DNA of 64,000 nucleotides from Perna viridis (GCA_037379345.1 CM074514.1:37386001-37450000); one strand, 5' to 3'. Numbered from the stretch's first letter, positions 35,684 through 49,798 are shown. Notes: generated from the sequence alone by a model not told the origin. Numbers and translations: made by a program.

Positions 35684-37129
35684 TTTCTTTTTCATATAGC
35701 TTCATTTACGTTTCTCTACTTTCGAGTTTTTGAATATGGTTGTAACCATGCTTACCATAGATGCTGACTTGACAAGGAAAACATATTTTGATTCTAGACC
35801 ATATTAAGTAAAATGAAAGCAAATATCTTGTGCTTTTGAGTAAGGTGGGTTTTTTTTTTTTTTTATTATTTTTGCTACATATATACTGCCAGCCTTTCAT
35901 CTCTCTATCCTGTCCCATCTATCAGTTTTGCCAACCCATTAGCCATAACCTTGTACAAATTCTACAATATTTCAAATAAATCAAAAATACTTATAGGGGT
36001 AATAACAGTTTTGGTCTTCATTGTGCGATAAGCTTATTTTCTGTTGTTTTCTGAATTTTTGTTTCCTAATTATGAACTATATGCACAAATGCTGAAAAAT
36101 GGGGGACTGCATGACTTTTCATGTCAGGATGTGCTTAATTTAGCAAAGCTGTAAAACTGAAAGTACATGTACATGTATTTTGTATAGGCATATCTCGTGT
36201 TTCTTAGAAGATATTTTTTTTTACTATTCACAGGATCAATGCATTATCAATTTAGTAGCTAATAGTACTTGTAATTACGTGAGTAAATAATTAAACATTT
36301 GCCTAATTGTTCAATTAATGTTTTGCCACTGTTCAAAATAGTACTTTCCTCAGTTGTATTTTCAAAAATCGTTACCAATGCTAGAAAATCAATTGACAGC
36401 AATTATATTCAGCACATCCCTTTATGCATGCAGCTAGCTTTTGAACTGTCTAAAGGATCCAGAAATTATCTTGTCTTAGTGCATCATTCATACAAGTTGA
36501 TAAATAACAAATGAAACTGGCCTTCATAAAAATCATGCGGAGGATGGCTTGTCACTCTTTTGATTTATAAATTGAACGGTCCATGTTGAAATCATGATTT
36601 TTTTTTTTTCTGTGGGGGTTAATTTCATTGTTAGATGTGTGCAATTATATACCAAATTCAAAGATGAAGTTTTCACATAGGGGTTATTTTCTTTAAAATT
36701 TCTTGATCCTTAGTTGGCAAAATTTTCCCCTACACGAAAATTTCCACATTCAACTAGTTGCTTTAATGATTAACTTATGGGTTTCTGTATGTAATGTTTG
36801 TTTGTTGTTTCCTGTCTTCATTTTTGGCTTTGTTTTGTTTTCCTGTATGGAGCATTGTTCAATCTGTAACCCGTCTGGTATCCACATAGCAATTATAAAT
36901 TACACCCCCCCCCCCCACAATCAAACAGTTTCCAAAGTTTCCAAGGTTGGAGTGTAAAACAAACACTACTCTGTCCATCCATAAATTTAAAGTGCAACTC
37001 CTCAATTTGATCAGACTTTAAAGAAAGTAAGACATCAGATGGTGATAATTTACAAATAAAGGAAACCAAACTAAGATTTACATATCCAGACTCCAGAGTC
37101 CTGGTGGCACTTCTTATAAGCTTTCTCAC

Positions 37130-38292
37130 ATTATTTCTAGTTTCAGGTTGTCTACTGATGGTTTATTTCTAGTTTCAACTTGTCTACTGATGGTTTTTTT
37201 CTAGTTCCAACTTGTCTACTGATGGTTTATTTCTAGTTTAAAGTTGTCTACTAATGGTTTATTTCTAGTTTCAACTTGTCTACTGATGGTTTATTTCCAG
37301 TTTCAACTTGTCTGCTGATGGTTTATTTCTAGTTCCAACTTGTCTACTGATGGTTTATTTCTAGTTTAAACTTGTCTACTGATGGTTTATTTCTAGTTTA
37401 AAGTTGTCTACTAATGGTTTATTTCTAGTTTCAGGTTGTCTACTGATGGTTTATTTCTAGTTTCAACTTGTCTACTGATGGTTTATTTCTAGTTTCAACT
37501 GGTCTACTGATGGTTTATTTCTAGTTTCAAGTTGTCTACTGATGGTTTATTTCTAGTTTCAACTTGTCTACTGATGGTTTATTTCTAGTTTCAACTTGTC
37601 TACTGATGGTTTTTTTCTAGTTCCAACTTGTCTACTGATGGTTTATTTCTAGTTTAAAGTTGTCTACTAATGGTTTATTTCCAGTTTTAACTTGTCTACT
37701 GATGGTTTATTTCTAGTTCCAACTTGTCTACTGATGGTTTATTTCTAGTTTAAACTTGTCTACTGATGGTTTATTTCTAGTTTAAAGTTGTCTACTAATG
37801 GTTTATTTCTAGTTTCAGGTTGTCTACTGATGGTTTATTTCTAGTTTCAACTTGTCTACTGATGGTTTATTTCTAGTTTCAACTGGTCTACTGATGGTTT
37901 ATTTCTAGTTTCAAGTTGTCTACTAATGGTTTATTTCTAGTTTCAGGTTGTCTACTGATGGTTTATTTGTAGTTTCAACTTGTCTACTGATGGTTTTTTT
38001 CTAGTTCCAACTTGTCTACGGATGGTTTATTTCTAGTTCCAACTGGTCTACTGTTGGTTTATTTCTAGTTTCAACTTGTCTACTGATGGTTTATTTCCAG
38101 TTTCAACTTGTCTACTGATGGTTTATTTCTAGTTCCAAGTTGTCCACTGATGGTGTATTTCTAGTTTCAAGTTGTCTACTGATGGTTTATTTCCAGTTTC
38201 AAGTTGTCCACTGATGGTGTATTTCTAGTTTCAAGTTGTCTACTGATGGTTTATTTCTAGTTTCAACTTGTCTACTGATGGTTTATTTCAAC
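37130..38292. repeat. Minisatellite, 32-bp unit, ~36 copies
   Basis: Unit TTATTTCTAGTTTCAACTTGTCTACTGATGGT; period 37151 to 37183. Confidence 0.97.
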
Positions 38293-38944
38293 TAATGATT
38301 TGTTTTGTAGATTGGTTTTTCATGAACTGCCAGTTCATGGTTAATATTTTAGGTTACTGCACGATTCTTATTTGGAATGGTACTCCATTCATGATTATAT
38401 TGTTTTCATCCGAAACAGTTGTACATATGCATGACGGTTGGCATTTTTTGATGGATTATCATATATCTTCAAAGACTTGTTAACTGGAAGATCAATTTCT
38501 ATGTGCATAAAGTATGAATTTTAGGCTAGAGTTTTTTAAGGTTCATTCTTGATATTTTCAAGTGATGGGTTGTTTCTTTAGGGTCAAGTTTTCAAGAGAT
38601 ATTCATTGCTGTCCTCACTTTTAATCCATGCTCAAGTTTCATGCAATTCTCAACCATATCTAGATAAAACCCTAGTAATTTGACATTCAATACTATATTT
38701 TACCATAACCAGTTTTATATAATCTGCTACCTGAGAAATGAAAGGACTACAGGGAACACCAATGAAAGGTGTTAAGATCAAAGTATTGTGACAAGTGGGT
38801 GTAGACTGACCTGTTTATTTTGGGAGTATAAAACATTTAATGATTCATTACTAACATGACAAGCAAAAGGCTGTATGTTAACATCCATCAACTCCTAGTC
38901 TTAATGGTGTCAACCACACAAATTCTAAGCAAATACCTATCTAC

Positions 38945-39335
38945 AATGCCTGATGTCATGTTTTCATTTGTGGGTGAGTTTTAAGATATAGAATTTCTTT
39001 TGTAGTTGCCCAGATATAGAAGGGGCATATTGGGTGTCAGCTTCTATAGTATGAAATTAGTAATGTCAACACCACAACACATATCTTAAAAAAATACAAC
39101 TGACTAAAGGCCTGATGCTATGTTTACATTTGTTGGTGACTTTTAAGATATAGAATTTCGTTTGTAGTTGCCCTTAGAGATATGGAAGGGACATGTTTAG
39201 GTGTCAAATTCTGTAGTCTGAAATGAAATATAGAAGGGACATGTTTAGAGTCAAATTATGTAGTCTGAAATAAGCAGTGTCAACACCACAACACATATCT
39301 TTATAGATATAAGGCCTGATGCCATGTGTTCATTT
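38945..39335. repeat. Local imperfect tandem duplication (~160-200 bp)
   Basis: GCCTGATG..TTTTAAGATATAGAATTTC..TGTAGTTGCCC..TGTCAACACCACAACACATATCTT occurs twice, with a further internal duplication of GAAGGGACATGTTTAG. Confidence 0.8.
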
Positions 39336-39649
39336 CATATAGATACAGATGGGTTATGTAGGCCAATTTTAAAACAAGTGTCAATTCCTATTTTGTATGA
39401 AGTTCGCAAAACATGGTCTAAGGAAATGCATACTAATTATGACAATTGCATGTTTTAATTAGTGTAAAAATAGGTTCTGTTGTCTTTACTTAAAAATAAA
39501 TTAATTTGAGATAAATACTGTAAATATATAATTCGTGTAATAAACAATATGCACATGGAAAATTTATGTTATTTTTCAATAGACAACATTTTTATCATAG
39601 CCAACTTTTAAATAAAAGAACTGTTTGACTACATTTTGCTGATGCTACA

Positions 39650-39775
39650 TGTATGTATGATTTTAGTTACTCTATGTTCTTTGTTGTGTATGTCTGTTTT
39701 CCATGTCTGGTCTTTGTCCCTGGATTACATTCTTTTGATTACCACTATAACATTGATTCCCTTGATTACTCTTTC
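39650..39775 (+). mobile_element. Terminal 125 bp of the Penelope-like 3' UTR
   Basis: TTTTAGTTACTCTATGTTCTTTGTTGTG...CCCTTGATTACTCTTTC. Confidence 0.85.
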
Positions 39776-39897
39776 AAAAGGTTTGGACCTTCATGACTAG
39801 TATCTTTTGTAGGTTAAAAGTATCATTTTAATATGAGACTTAGCCATTCCAAAAGTGGAATCTGTAAAATATGACACCTGAGTATTCCAGAACTCCA

Positions 39898-40077
39898 TAC
39901 AATGAAACCTTCCTAAACAAACCTTGAATTGCCCCAAAACCTGTCTATTCTCCAGGCACTTCTTAAAATCCCTTATATCAATATAAAGGTGTTTGAACCT
40001 TGAGAAACTAAATACCTGTCTATACCATACAAATTTGAAAGCCCAGAAGGGGTTTCATTTGGACAGATTTCACTGTA
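39898..40077. mobile_element. M2 MITE
   Basis: TACAATGAAACCTTCCTAAAC / TTTGGACAGATTTCACTGTA. Confidence 0.7.
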
Positions 40078-41758
40078 TGGTAATTTTGCTACTTTTAAAA
40101 TGAATATTTTACAATGTGTTTCAACCCATCCTCTCTAATCAGATTTTGGAATTACATTTTATTAAATGCGCTTAGGAACAAATTTAAGGGGTTGACTCAT
40201 CATATGTTACCCCTCACACCCCATTTAAAGTGTGATTTAGTATACCATGATTAATCTTAATTTTTTCACCATTTATATCCAAAAATAGTTCTGCATCAGT
40301 CATTATTTCTTCATAACTGAAACTGTTGACCCTTGACTGTTTACAAGATAAGCAATTTATGATATATAACTGATTCCATTCCTGCTGAATATGTATCAGA
40401 TAGAACTTTATGTTTTATACTGTGTGACTGTGAAATGAATTTTCATGTAGAATTTTAACATTGGAGAATTTTTTGTGATGGCATTTTCCAGTATGAATTA
40501 AAACTTATTTTAATAACATTAAAAAGACAGGGTAACGCTGAAATGCATCTGGTGAATTTATTGAGTCAGAAGAACATGGTCACTGTTACTTAAAATAGAT
40601 GTTTTAACACTTTCATATACAACTCAGCAGGATAAAAATCCAAAGATTCTCATATGAAGATAATTAAAAAGGTAACAATATAGGACATTGCCCTAGCTTC
40701 AATAAGTATACTGATTTTCATTGCATTAAAAAAAGCTATGAAATTGTATTTTTTTTAACAACTTTACAGTGAATCATATTGTTAACTTCAGGGAATGGAG
40801 TTGTTATACCCTTTGATTAAATGACTATCATCTGGTAAGCAACCTTGGGAAATTAACTAGACAACAGACAAAGATATTTGAACTTTCTTTCAAAATTTAG
40901 TTTAAAGTACCTATGCAATGATAAAAAGTTTAAATCTACTTGTTAATTGTCCAGTTAACTACACAAGTGTCATCAGGTTCTGGTCATTCTATCAAGGGAG
41001 GAACAATTTTATTCTGTGAAGTTAACTATTTGATTTGCTGTAAAGTTGTTGAAGAAAAACATTTTTATTGCAGGATGTGGTTCATTATAGACCAATTATT
41101 TTTATATATCATATATAGGTCAGACAGTATGTCACTCAATTTGTTCAGAGGAGAGCAACCTGTTAAAATAGTTTAGGCTGCCAAAGAAAACCATGGCGAA
41201 GATCAATGAACATGTACCTATTCCCACATGCCTTGATTGCTTTTGCAATTATCAGTGATCATTTGATGCCGATTCATAAAAAAAAGCAGATTGGAGCAAT
41301 TTGTTGCTTTTTTTTCTCCATTTAGATGCAGATAATTTGAGCTCAAGACAAAACTTTTCCCACATGAGTTGTACCACTCATTGACACCCTTACTTCCGGC
41401 TTCTACGCTGTAATGAGCCATAACCCAAACATCTATTACTGATAAAGGATCCTTTTTTTTTCAATAACTGTTGCAGATTTTCAATATATTTTACAGGTAT
41501 AGATAACAACAGAGATTTTTAACAGATAGGTGTAACCTGACAACTTTAACAGTGGTTGCAAGAAAAAAATCACCGAGAAGATTGTTGCAGTAACATTGGG
41601 TAACTGGTAAAAGAGCTTCCTTAGAAGAGACCAGTGATTTGAACCAGTATTCTGCATCAAGATGAATGTGGTCAATTTGCTACAGAACCAACTGTTGTAA
41701 GTTCCTGTTAAACGATAGCCCAAATTTAAATATTAAAGATGTTGTGTCTGATTATTTT

Positions 41759-41881
41759 CATGGAAAACAGACATTCACAACAAAGAACATAAAGTAACTA
41801 AAATCATACATACAAAGTAACAAAAGTAAATGAGCAACTCGGACTCCACTAAAAACTGGGAGCATAGACCAGGTGCACCGG
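41759..41881 (-). mobile_element. Internal fragment of the Penelope-like 3' UTR
   Basis: Near-identical to 33829-33950. Confidence 0.85.
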
Positions 41882-42254
41882 GAGGAATTATAAAATCAAT
41901 GAGCACAAATTCAAAATTATGAACATTAAACTAAGAAATTGTATCTATATCACAGAGGCAAAAATAGATTCAAATACAAACCAAAAATTAGTTCCAAATC
42001 ATTGACCCAATAACCTTTGACAAAAGCCAATTGCAAGTACTGGAAAAGAAGAGAAACCTATCTGTCAACCTATATGAGAATTGTACAATATGGTTTGAAA
42101 GTTTAGTTCTACATGTAGCTTCATTTTCCTTATTGGAATTGCCGATGTTCATTTCTATTAGTCATTGCAAAATGCATTAATAAGTAAACCACAAAAATTA
42201 ATATGTTTACAGTATACAAAGTTAAGTATAAGCTAGGTTGCCCAAAATAGAACC

Positions 42255-42530
42255 TCCTATGTTGGTCTCAAGGTTGCATGCTTCAAGTACCAGAGATCCC
42301 CTGGATTTGATCCCCAACCGAGTTTTACCAAAGTCTTTTGAATTAGGTAGTCACTGATGCTCCACCAAGTGCGCAGTATTTTAGGTACATGTAATAGAGT
42401 GACGACTGGTTGGTCAGGAGTCAGTATAATGTGTCTGAGTGGGGTGGCTTGCCTAGCTGTGGGCTGTGGCTTCTGTGTGCTGGCATATTAAAAATCTGGC
42501 TCAGCATGCTGGACTAGTACAAAGCAGGAT
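42255..42530 (+). mobile_element. Meta-domain-type tRNA-derived SINE
   Basis: Degenerate B box GGATTTGATCCCC, then CCAAAGTC..AATTAGGTAG..CTCCACCAAGTGCGCAG..GACTGGTTGGTCAGGAGTCAGTATAATGTGTCTGAGTGG..CTAGTACAAAGCAGG. Confidence 0.7.
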
Positions 42531-42789
42531 CTGTTAGATTGTATTTCGTATTGGGTTTGAAATGTCAGGGCCGTAGACTCTGGGCTTTTTCTCATAACTG
42601 TGCTTTATTTTAACCAAAAAAAAATGGATTTAACTTTTAATTGAAAATTATTTTGGCAAGAGCTTAGGTACAAGGACATTCAATGGTTGATGACCCTGTA
42701 GGTTTATATTTCATTAGCCTCGTAGCTAGCAAAATAAACTTTTTCCAGACTTCAAGGAATGTTAATTATATGTATTTCAAAGTTTGAGC

Positions 42790-43300
42790 CAAAATTGAAA
42801 AGTTGAGTCACCAGGAACATGGACTTGTTATAACTTATACCTGCATATTGGAGTGGTTTAATAGTTAAGATGGGACTATTCATTAAGTTCAAACCTTTGA
42901 AAAAGTAATATATAACAAATTATCTACATTCATGATAAAGATTTGATACAATAAAGGCTGAAATCTGGAGAATTGCCATCTCATTGGTCAACTCAGCAAT
43001 TTATGAGGATAATTTATAGGTACTTTCTTATAAAAGAGATAGGTCATGGTGGTGAACTTGGGCAATGGCCAGCTTTGGTGGTTACCAGGCATTTTTATGG
43101 CCTTGAATTGGGACATTTGGATTAGAACATCCATCCCTGTCAATCACAGCCTCTATTATAATGTGGATAATCTCATATTCTTTGTACACTTCTGTTAAGA
43201 TACTGTAAAACCAATACCCTATTGCATTATAGAAAAATTTATCTAAATGTCTGAATATTTGTGTATGTAAACCAGGCCCTGGTGCCACAAAAGTTAAATA
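42790..43300 (-). pseudogene. Possible highly decayed non-LTR RT fragment (CR1/Jockey-like)
   Basis: Minus strand has APGP (KAPGPDG-like) and, ~350 bp downstream, VDNLLYITF/KGLNLMNSPIL..LQYAGI, reminiscent of VDxIYLDFSKAFDxVxHxxL..L..YGI. Many stops and frameshifts. Confidence 0.3.
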
Positions 43301-43672
43301 TAATTAATTCTGAGAATATTCTTATCTTCCATGGACCAATAAGGCTACCTTTGATCTCAGGTCCAAATTAATTTTGGACTTTGTTAGCCAAGCTAGAGGT
43401 TACCATTCTTTTCTACTAATTAATGAATCTTTAATCCTTCGGCAGAAATGTCATGAAATAAACTATCAGGTGAAATTCTGAGCTTCCTGTCAATTCTGGT
43501 TATCTGTCTATGGGTGACTTGAGTCTGCCTAATCCTCATTTTGATGTCCAATTCTTCATACCAGTCACAAACTTTCACCTGAAAGACCATGACATCCTGA
43601 AGTTGGTTGCTAGATTTCTGTTTATATTTCATCCCTAGACCAGGACATATTCCGTTTTGTTCCCAACCTGAT

Positions 43673-43962
43673 CTTCCAGTTTGTTGCCAACCTTGTGTGG
43701 AAGTTTTGCCCCTATTCTAAACATCATTCTCCAGTTTGTTGCCAACCTTGTGTGGAAGTTTTGCCCCTATACTAAACATCATTCTTCAGTTTGTTGCCAA
43801 CCTTGTGTGGAAGTTTTGCCCCTATACTAAACATCATTCTCCAGTTTGTTGCCAACCTTGTGTGGAAGTTTTGCCCCTATACTAAACATCATTCTCCAGT
43901 TTTTTGCCAACCTTGTGTGGAAGTTTTGCCCCTATACTAAACATCATTCTCCAGTTAGTTGA
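43673..43962. repeat. Minisatellite, 55-bp unit, ~5 nearly identical copies
   Basis: Unit CCAGTTTGTTGCCAACCTTGTGTGGAAGTTTTGCCCCTATACTAAACATCATTCT; period 43686 to 43741. Confidence 0.95.
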
Positions 43963-45149
43963 CAGCCTTTTCAAGATTTTCGCCCCTAAACCATAATACT
44001 TCTAGACATATACATTAAAAAATGCTGTGCAATTTTCCATCTTCAATCTTCTATCTTCAGTGAGGTAGGCATCTACTGGCTAATTCTATTTACTGATAAA
44101 ATTTGGCTCTCACTTGGAATCTTTGTACTGGTATGTTGTATATTAAAAGGATCTATAGCAATCATTATGGCATCGATTGTGCTACTAATTTACTGTAAAT
44201 TAAAGGTTATTTATTACCATCCAGTATCCATCTTCCTCTTACCTCCTCTAAATTGTTTGGGTTATTTCAGACAAAAATGTTAAATATATATAAATGAGGG
44301 GTCATTCCTCCCATTTTGTAGGTTGAGGTGTTTGTATGATGAATTGTTCTGTCTTAATTGATCATTCATTTCAGAAGTGATCAGTTTTTGTCAGATATTT
44401 TGCTCATAGAAGTTCATGGTGATATTAAAGCTAGATTTTTTTATGCTTGGAATTGCCACAACTGTCACAGCAGATTCTGAAGTTCATAAAAGAGGGAGGG
44501 TCTGCTGACCTGCCTAAAATGGGGACCGTAGTGATTTGTGGTTACTATACTAAGTAAACAATCAGTCTTTTAGCTTTTAGACAAACATATGATTGTGATA
44601 TAGGTCCAGACATGTAAGGGTCTTGTTAGATTGGAAGTTACTAATCTCTGCCGTTGTCTGTAACAAATACGAACTTAAGTCAGACATTTGTTGACTGGAA
44701 ATATTTTGTTGGGTAGAAAATCATTCCCTGCTGCTTGTTGTTGCTTCTTCTGTTAACATTTTAAAAGGTCTAGCTAATCTAGGTAAATCTGTAGACTTCT
44801 TGTAGTATAATGCTGGGTTAACTATAAAGTATCTACCATAAAGATGTTTACACATCAATCAATCAAGCAATCTCCTTACTTAAACTTTCTGTGACTTTTA
44901 AATTTATGCTGCAATTTTGTATCACATCAGTTCACTTGAACTCTCTATTTCAGTGACTAAGACTCATTCTGGGAGTTGTATTTGTTTACTGCGTACTCTC
45001 AAGTTTTGGCAGGTTCTAATTGTTTTGGTTAGTTTCATGTAAAGCAGACCATGTCAATTTTTTAGCCAAAATGCAGATGAAGTCCTGGATTTTGGTCAAG
45101 GTCGTTGACAGGTAACTGATCCACGATGTCCTTGTAGACCAATGCCAAT

Positions 45150-45392
45150 TTTTCTGATGCATTCGGTATAGTTTTGCTTTTTACCCTTTGACCTTAAAAA
45201 TGCTCTTCCATGGAAAGGCATTAGTCACCTGATCGCAGTTCTGTTTCCCAATTGGCCAAATACTGAGAACTTAGTGGCGTTTGAAAAAACTGTATTGAAA
45301 TAGTGTTCCATATGTTATTTCTTGAATGAAATGTAGAAAATTATAAGTAGAAAGAACAAGAATTTACCGTGTCGGCTATCATTTTTTGAAGA
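45150..45392. repeat. Unclassified dispersed repeat, copy 1
   Basis: TCGGTATAGTTT..TTTTTACCCTTTGACCTTAAA..TGCTCTTCCATGGAAA..AGTCACCTGAT..GAATGAAATGTAGAAAATT shared with 59169-59378. Confidence 0.85.
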
Positions 45393-48170
45393 TAGTACTT
45401 GTTTAGTCATAATGCAGGTAAAAGGCAATGATTTTGCTCGGGGTTATTGATGGACAACTGGGATATTCTGTAGTTAACTTGCTTCTGCTCAGCACTGGCA
45501 GTGCAGGAGGTTTAAACATTTAACCCAAACAACAGAAAACCACCTTGCCTTCTAACTCATCTCCTTTCAGTCAGTCTTAAAACAGAAAATGAAAGTTTAT
45601 TTTACAGAAAATAACCTGAATGTAACCAATAATTGTTCCGTTTTGTCCAACCGTTGTGGAGCTTTAGAATCTCCATTTCAGTCTGTATGTCTGTACTTCT
45701 GTCCTTGCTTTGTCTATTGGCATCATATCTTGTCTACTGATTCATGCATTGCCTTGACTATACACTTGTGGTAGGACTTTGAACCAAGATTCTGGTAATT
45801 TGTAACGATGGTTCAAATTTCATGTAGTCTTAATTACAGATGATGATTATAAAAATTTGGCTCATGAAATATGATGATAATACCCTTATGCTATCTTCAA
45901 GTAGGGAATTACTCTATAAATAATTATTGTAATTAAAATATGCATCATCATCATTAACAGCTTATTAATCAATTAATAACTGACTCATTCATAGTCTGAA
46001 GTATTGATGAAGTGTTTCATTCATGAATCCAGATGTAGTTGAGCCTGAATGCAATTTTAAACCTTAATATTGTACAATTCATATATATGGTCAAAATTAA
46101 TTCAAATTATGAATGACATTACTTCTATTTGTTTAAGTTGGGTAGATTAATAATTGATAAGGATTGGGTTACAGATTGTTAATTTTGAATCATTCCTTTA
46201 ATTACTAGCAGGAAATATCAGTTTTTTGTCAAGTCATGTTTTAACCAATCCTCTTTCCCCCCTTTTTTTCATGACAATTTTCTTACTCAGACTCAACTTC
46301 TGAGAAAAAAATTGCTGTTATTACTCTAATAAGTCATAAGAATTACACATTAAAGTTTGCAAAGGATACCAATTTATCAATGCTATGCTCTATTTTGTTC
46401 TAAATCAGTCTCTTCCATAAATGTTTTTTCTTAGGATTTTTTTCCATTATAAATATTATGTCCATTAAAATGATTATTTTGACAAATCTTCTACAGCTTT
46501 GGATTATTCCCGTCATAATTACATGGCAATAACTAGAACCTCTCAGAATAACAGGCTCTGTGGGGGAATTAATGAGATTTTTACAGGTGGTTATATATAG
46601 GTTGATATTATGTTTATTTTAGTTCCAATCTGCTATTCTTGTAATCATAATGATACTGGTCTCTTGAGAACATTGTGTCAAGGGGCCCAGAAGGGTAGTG
46701 AGTGCTTCAGATTTACTCTAAAAAGTGAACAGTTTTGGTCTTTTCCAAGCTTGAAAAAAAATGGTCCGCTTAGTAAAATCAAAAGTTCTCAAAAAGTGTT
46801 AATGAAAATGGTTGAAGATCCTGGACATAAGCCAATGAAATTTCAAAGGTTGAAGGTCAGATATTAAGGGTGTTAAACCTTGTTCCACCTCTAATTTGAT
46901 CCCTGTAAGTGGTCATTACCTCTTTTACCTTGTTCATTCATAATACTGCTTTCTGGTACCTTTCTGATTAAGTTCATATTTCTGTCAAAAAATATTTTTA
47001 TAAGTTAGTCAATGGAACTATTCCTATCAGTTACACAGAAATTCTGTTTACATTATGAATTTGTTGGAAACTGTGCTGATAATGGAAATGTTCATTGCAG
47101 TTTTTGAAATTATTTCTTTTTAATTCCTGTTCTGTCAGCAAATGGAACTGAAAAATGTACTATGTTGTCAAGTCTCAAAAGAAAATTATTTCTGAATGCT
47201 GTTCTGTCAGTAATAGAACTGACAGATGAAATATTCCTATCTGAGATTGGATTGACAAAGGGAATGTTCCTGTCAAAATTTGGACTGACAAAGGAAATTA
47301 TCCTGTTAGTACTTTGACTGACAAAGGCAAGGTTTTGTGTAGTCCTACATTGAAAAATTGTCAGTATTACATGCTATATACATGTCCCAGGTGGTAGTTT
47401 GGACCATGCTAATTTGAATTGTCATTGAGAAATTGACAGAGCACTTATGCTTTCTCCATCATAAGTTCTCCATAATTCAAATATCTGCTGTAAAATCGAA
47501 GTAACTGAAAAAAATATTAAAAATGGTTTAATTGCACTTCCCATACACTGAATTTATTCATACATGTATGAATTGTTAGCCGTGCTTTTAATTGTCACTT
47601 CTTTGTTTTCATAAATTGATATTTCTTTCAGGTGATAGGTTGCACAATTTAAGAGGTCTTTTAATAATTGAAGCACTAGTTATATAACTGTTAAAGAATC
47701 ATAAAGAACTTTATATCCACATACACTTTCATTGTTAATGTGACATGCTTTTAGCCTTTTTGATGTTCGATCAATTTTCAGGGGCCATCCTTATTAATGG
47801 ATACAAGGCATTATTTGTCTACCTTTGTGTAGACGGTTGACTCCCCTTGAATTTATTGTTAAGTATTTCAGGTTTACCCTTTTGTGGCCCCTTTGTACAA
47901 GGCCCAAGATGTTGTATATCAAAATTGGTCAAGTGTAAGAGATTCTGTCTAGGATTGGGGTCAGTACTCAATAAGAGGCCACCACTAATTATCGTCAGAA
48001 AAATTTTCTACTGATTTTGACTTCAACAATTTTACACAGGAAATCAATATATAAAAGCAATTACTTCCATCATCAAACTTAGTATGGAGTATGTTGAAGA
48101 TGATGGGAGGATGGGAGGCTAGCGGAGTTATCAGTTTTAAATGGTAATTTGATCCCATGGTTTATTATAG

Positions 48171-48293
48171 ATTTCCTTGACACCTCATGGAAGTGGACGG
48201 ATTTCTGCGGAAGAATCAACGAAAGTTTATGTGTATCAGCCACTGTAATTAACCATTTCCTGTGCCAGACTATTTTAACTTTTGAGTGTGGAG
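48171..48293 (+). other. Candidate 123-nt symmetric (phase 1-1) exon
   Basis: TTATTATAG acceptor, GAG|GTATGT donor, open frame FLDTSWKWTDFCGRINESLCVSATVINHFLCQTILTFECG; product unrecognised. Confidence 0.3.
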
Positions 48294-49231
48294 GTATGTT
48301 GAAATTATTGCCTCTTATAATTTTTTATTTCTGATATGATTTTGAATTATTTTTCTCTGACCTAAATGACCATTGTGTATTGGGATAGAAGGACAGATGT
48401 TTGATACACAATAGGCAGGTGGTGTAACTATGAGGTCAAATATTCTACATTATTCAGGTTGATGTTGAAACTACTTTGACGATATACAAGTCTGTGGATT
48501 TTTTTACATGCAAACTGTGTGGGTAAGTCACAATCAATTTTTATAAACTCATCAAATTTATATTAAAATCAGATTTTGGTAACATTCCATTTTGATGGAC
48601 TTATTGGACTAAAAAAAATTATTCTGATTTTAATTATTTTTTTTTAATAGTGATGAAACATTGCTATGAATGTTCGTCATTACAAATAGGTTTTGTGTGA
48701 ATATATGCAATATCTTGGAAAATATATAACTTGATTATATATAAAAATCTTATATATACTCACAATTATTTTAAAATTTCACCAAAAAGTGAGATTTTGC
48801 AATACATTGAACCAGTCCAATATTTGTTGATAAGATATTTAAGTAAGACTTTTTCATGTCAATATTTAGGTCTTATCCCTTACAATATAATCAATATTGC
48901 TCAAATGTTGATTCTATGAAATTTACAAACAAATTCTGTTTATTTCATACCAATTTTCCTCAAAGTTTATTTAAGCAAAAGTTTTATGCAATATAAATTG
49001 TGTAAAATTTATCAAATTTTAACTGAACTATTTTTGCCTTTGTCTTTTGTGTGGGAGTATAGCAAACTAATCTTCTAAATGGGAGGAAATTTTGATTTAA
49101 AAAGAACATAGAGTCACTTACTTTAAGGCCATATTGAATAAATTATTATACATGTACATGTATTAAACTCTCAATCCTGCTTGAATGGCTAATCAACTAT
49201 CTGGAGCTGGATTTTTTTTTATTGCTAGTCA

Positions 49232-49798
49232 TTTCAAGCTCACCTGACTGAAGGCCATGTGAGCTATTGCCATCACCCGGCATCAGTCATAGTCTGTTGT
49301 CATCATTAACAATTTTTAAAAACTTTTCTCCTCTGACACTATTTGACCAATTGGAACTAAATTTGCTATGAATGTTCCTTGGAGTATTCTGCATAGAGCT
49401 GATGTGGGGATTTTTGATCAGTTGAAAAACATGACTGCTGTAAATAAAAATAGAAAATTGGGGACAGACAGTTTTTTGCATATACCTCAAGAACTGTTAG
49501 GTTTAGCCAAATTCAGACTGGGTAACAGTGTTCAGCATGATAAGATCTATCTGTTGTCAAATTTACATGGTAATGTATTAACTGTGTTTGTGTTATTGCC
49601 CTGTTTCAACGTTTTTTTTTTCACTTTTTTAATGTTATTTCTTTCAAAATTCTTCTCCTTTGACACTACTGGACATTGATATGTTTGTTCCTTAGTTTTG
49701 TAGCATTCAGGAATATTTATCCAAGGAAAAATATGGCTGCTTTTACAAAAATAGAATGTTGCTTATTGAATAAGGTGAGCGATTCTGAGCCTCTAGTT
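49232..49798 (+). mobile_element. HINE-like element, apparently complete
   Basis: AGCTCACCTG..GGCCATGTGAGCT 5' end; core shared with 28133-28660; 3' AGGTGAGCGATTCTGAGCCTCTAGTT. Confidence 0.8.

Noticed and set aside
36893-37129. 78-aa minus ORF faintly like a CR1 C-terminus (ATRTL..NLS)
   Set aside because: Similarity too weak to support without a profile search.
43673-43962. Regular repeat arrays (also 37130-38292, 6845-7096) as CRISPR-like
   Set aside because: Head-to-tail units with no unique spacers, no cas genes, eukaryotic context.
44400-44440. VHGDIKAR resembling the APE endonuclease GDFNAR motif
   Set aside because: Isolated motif on the strand opposite to the nearby putative RT remnant; probably chance.
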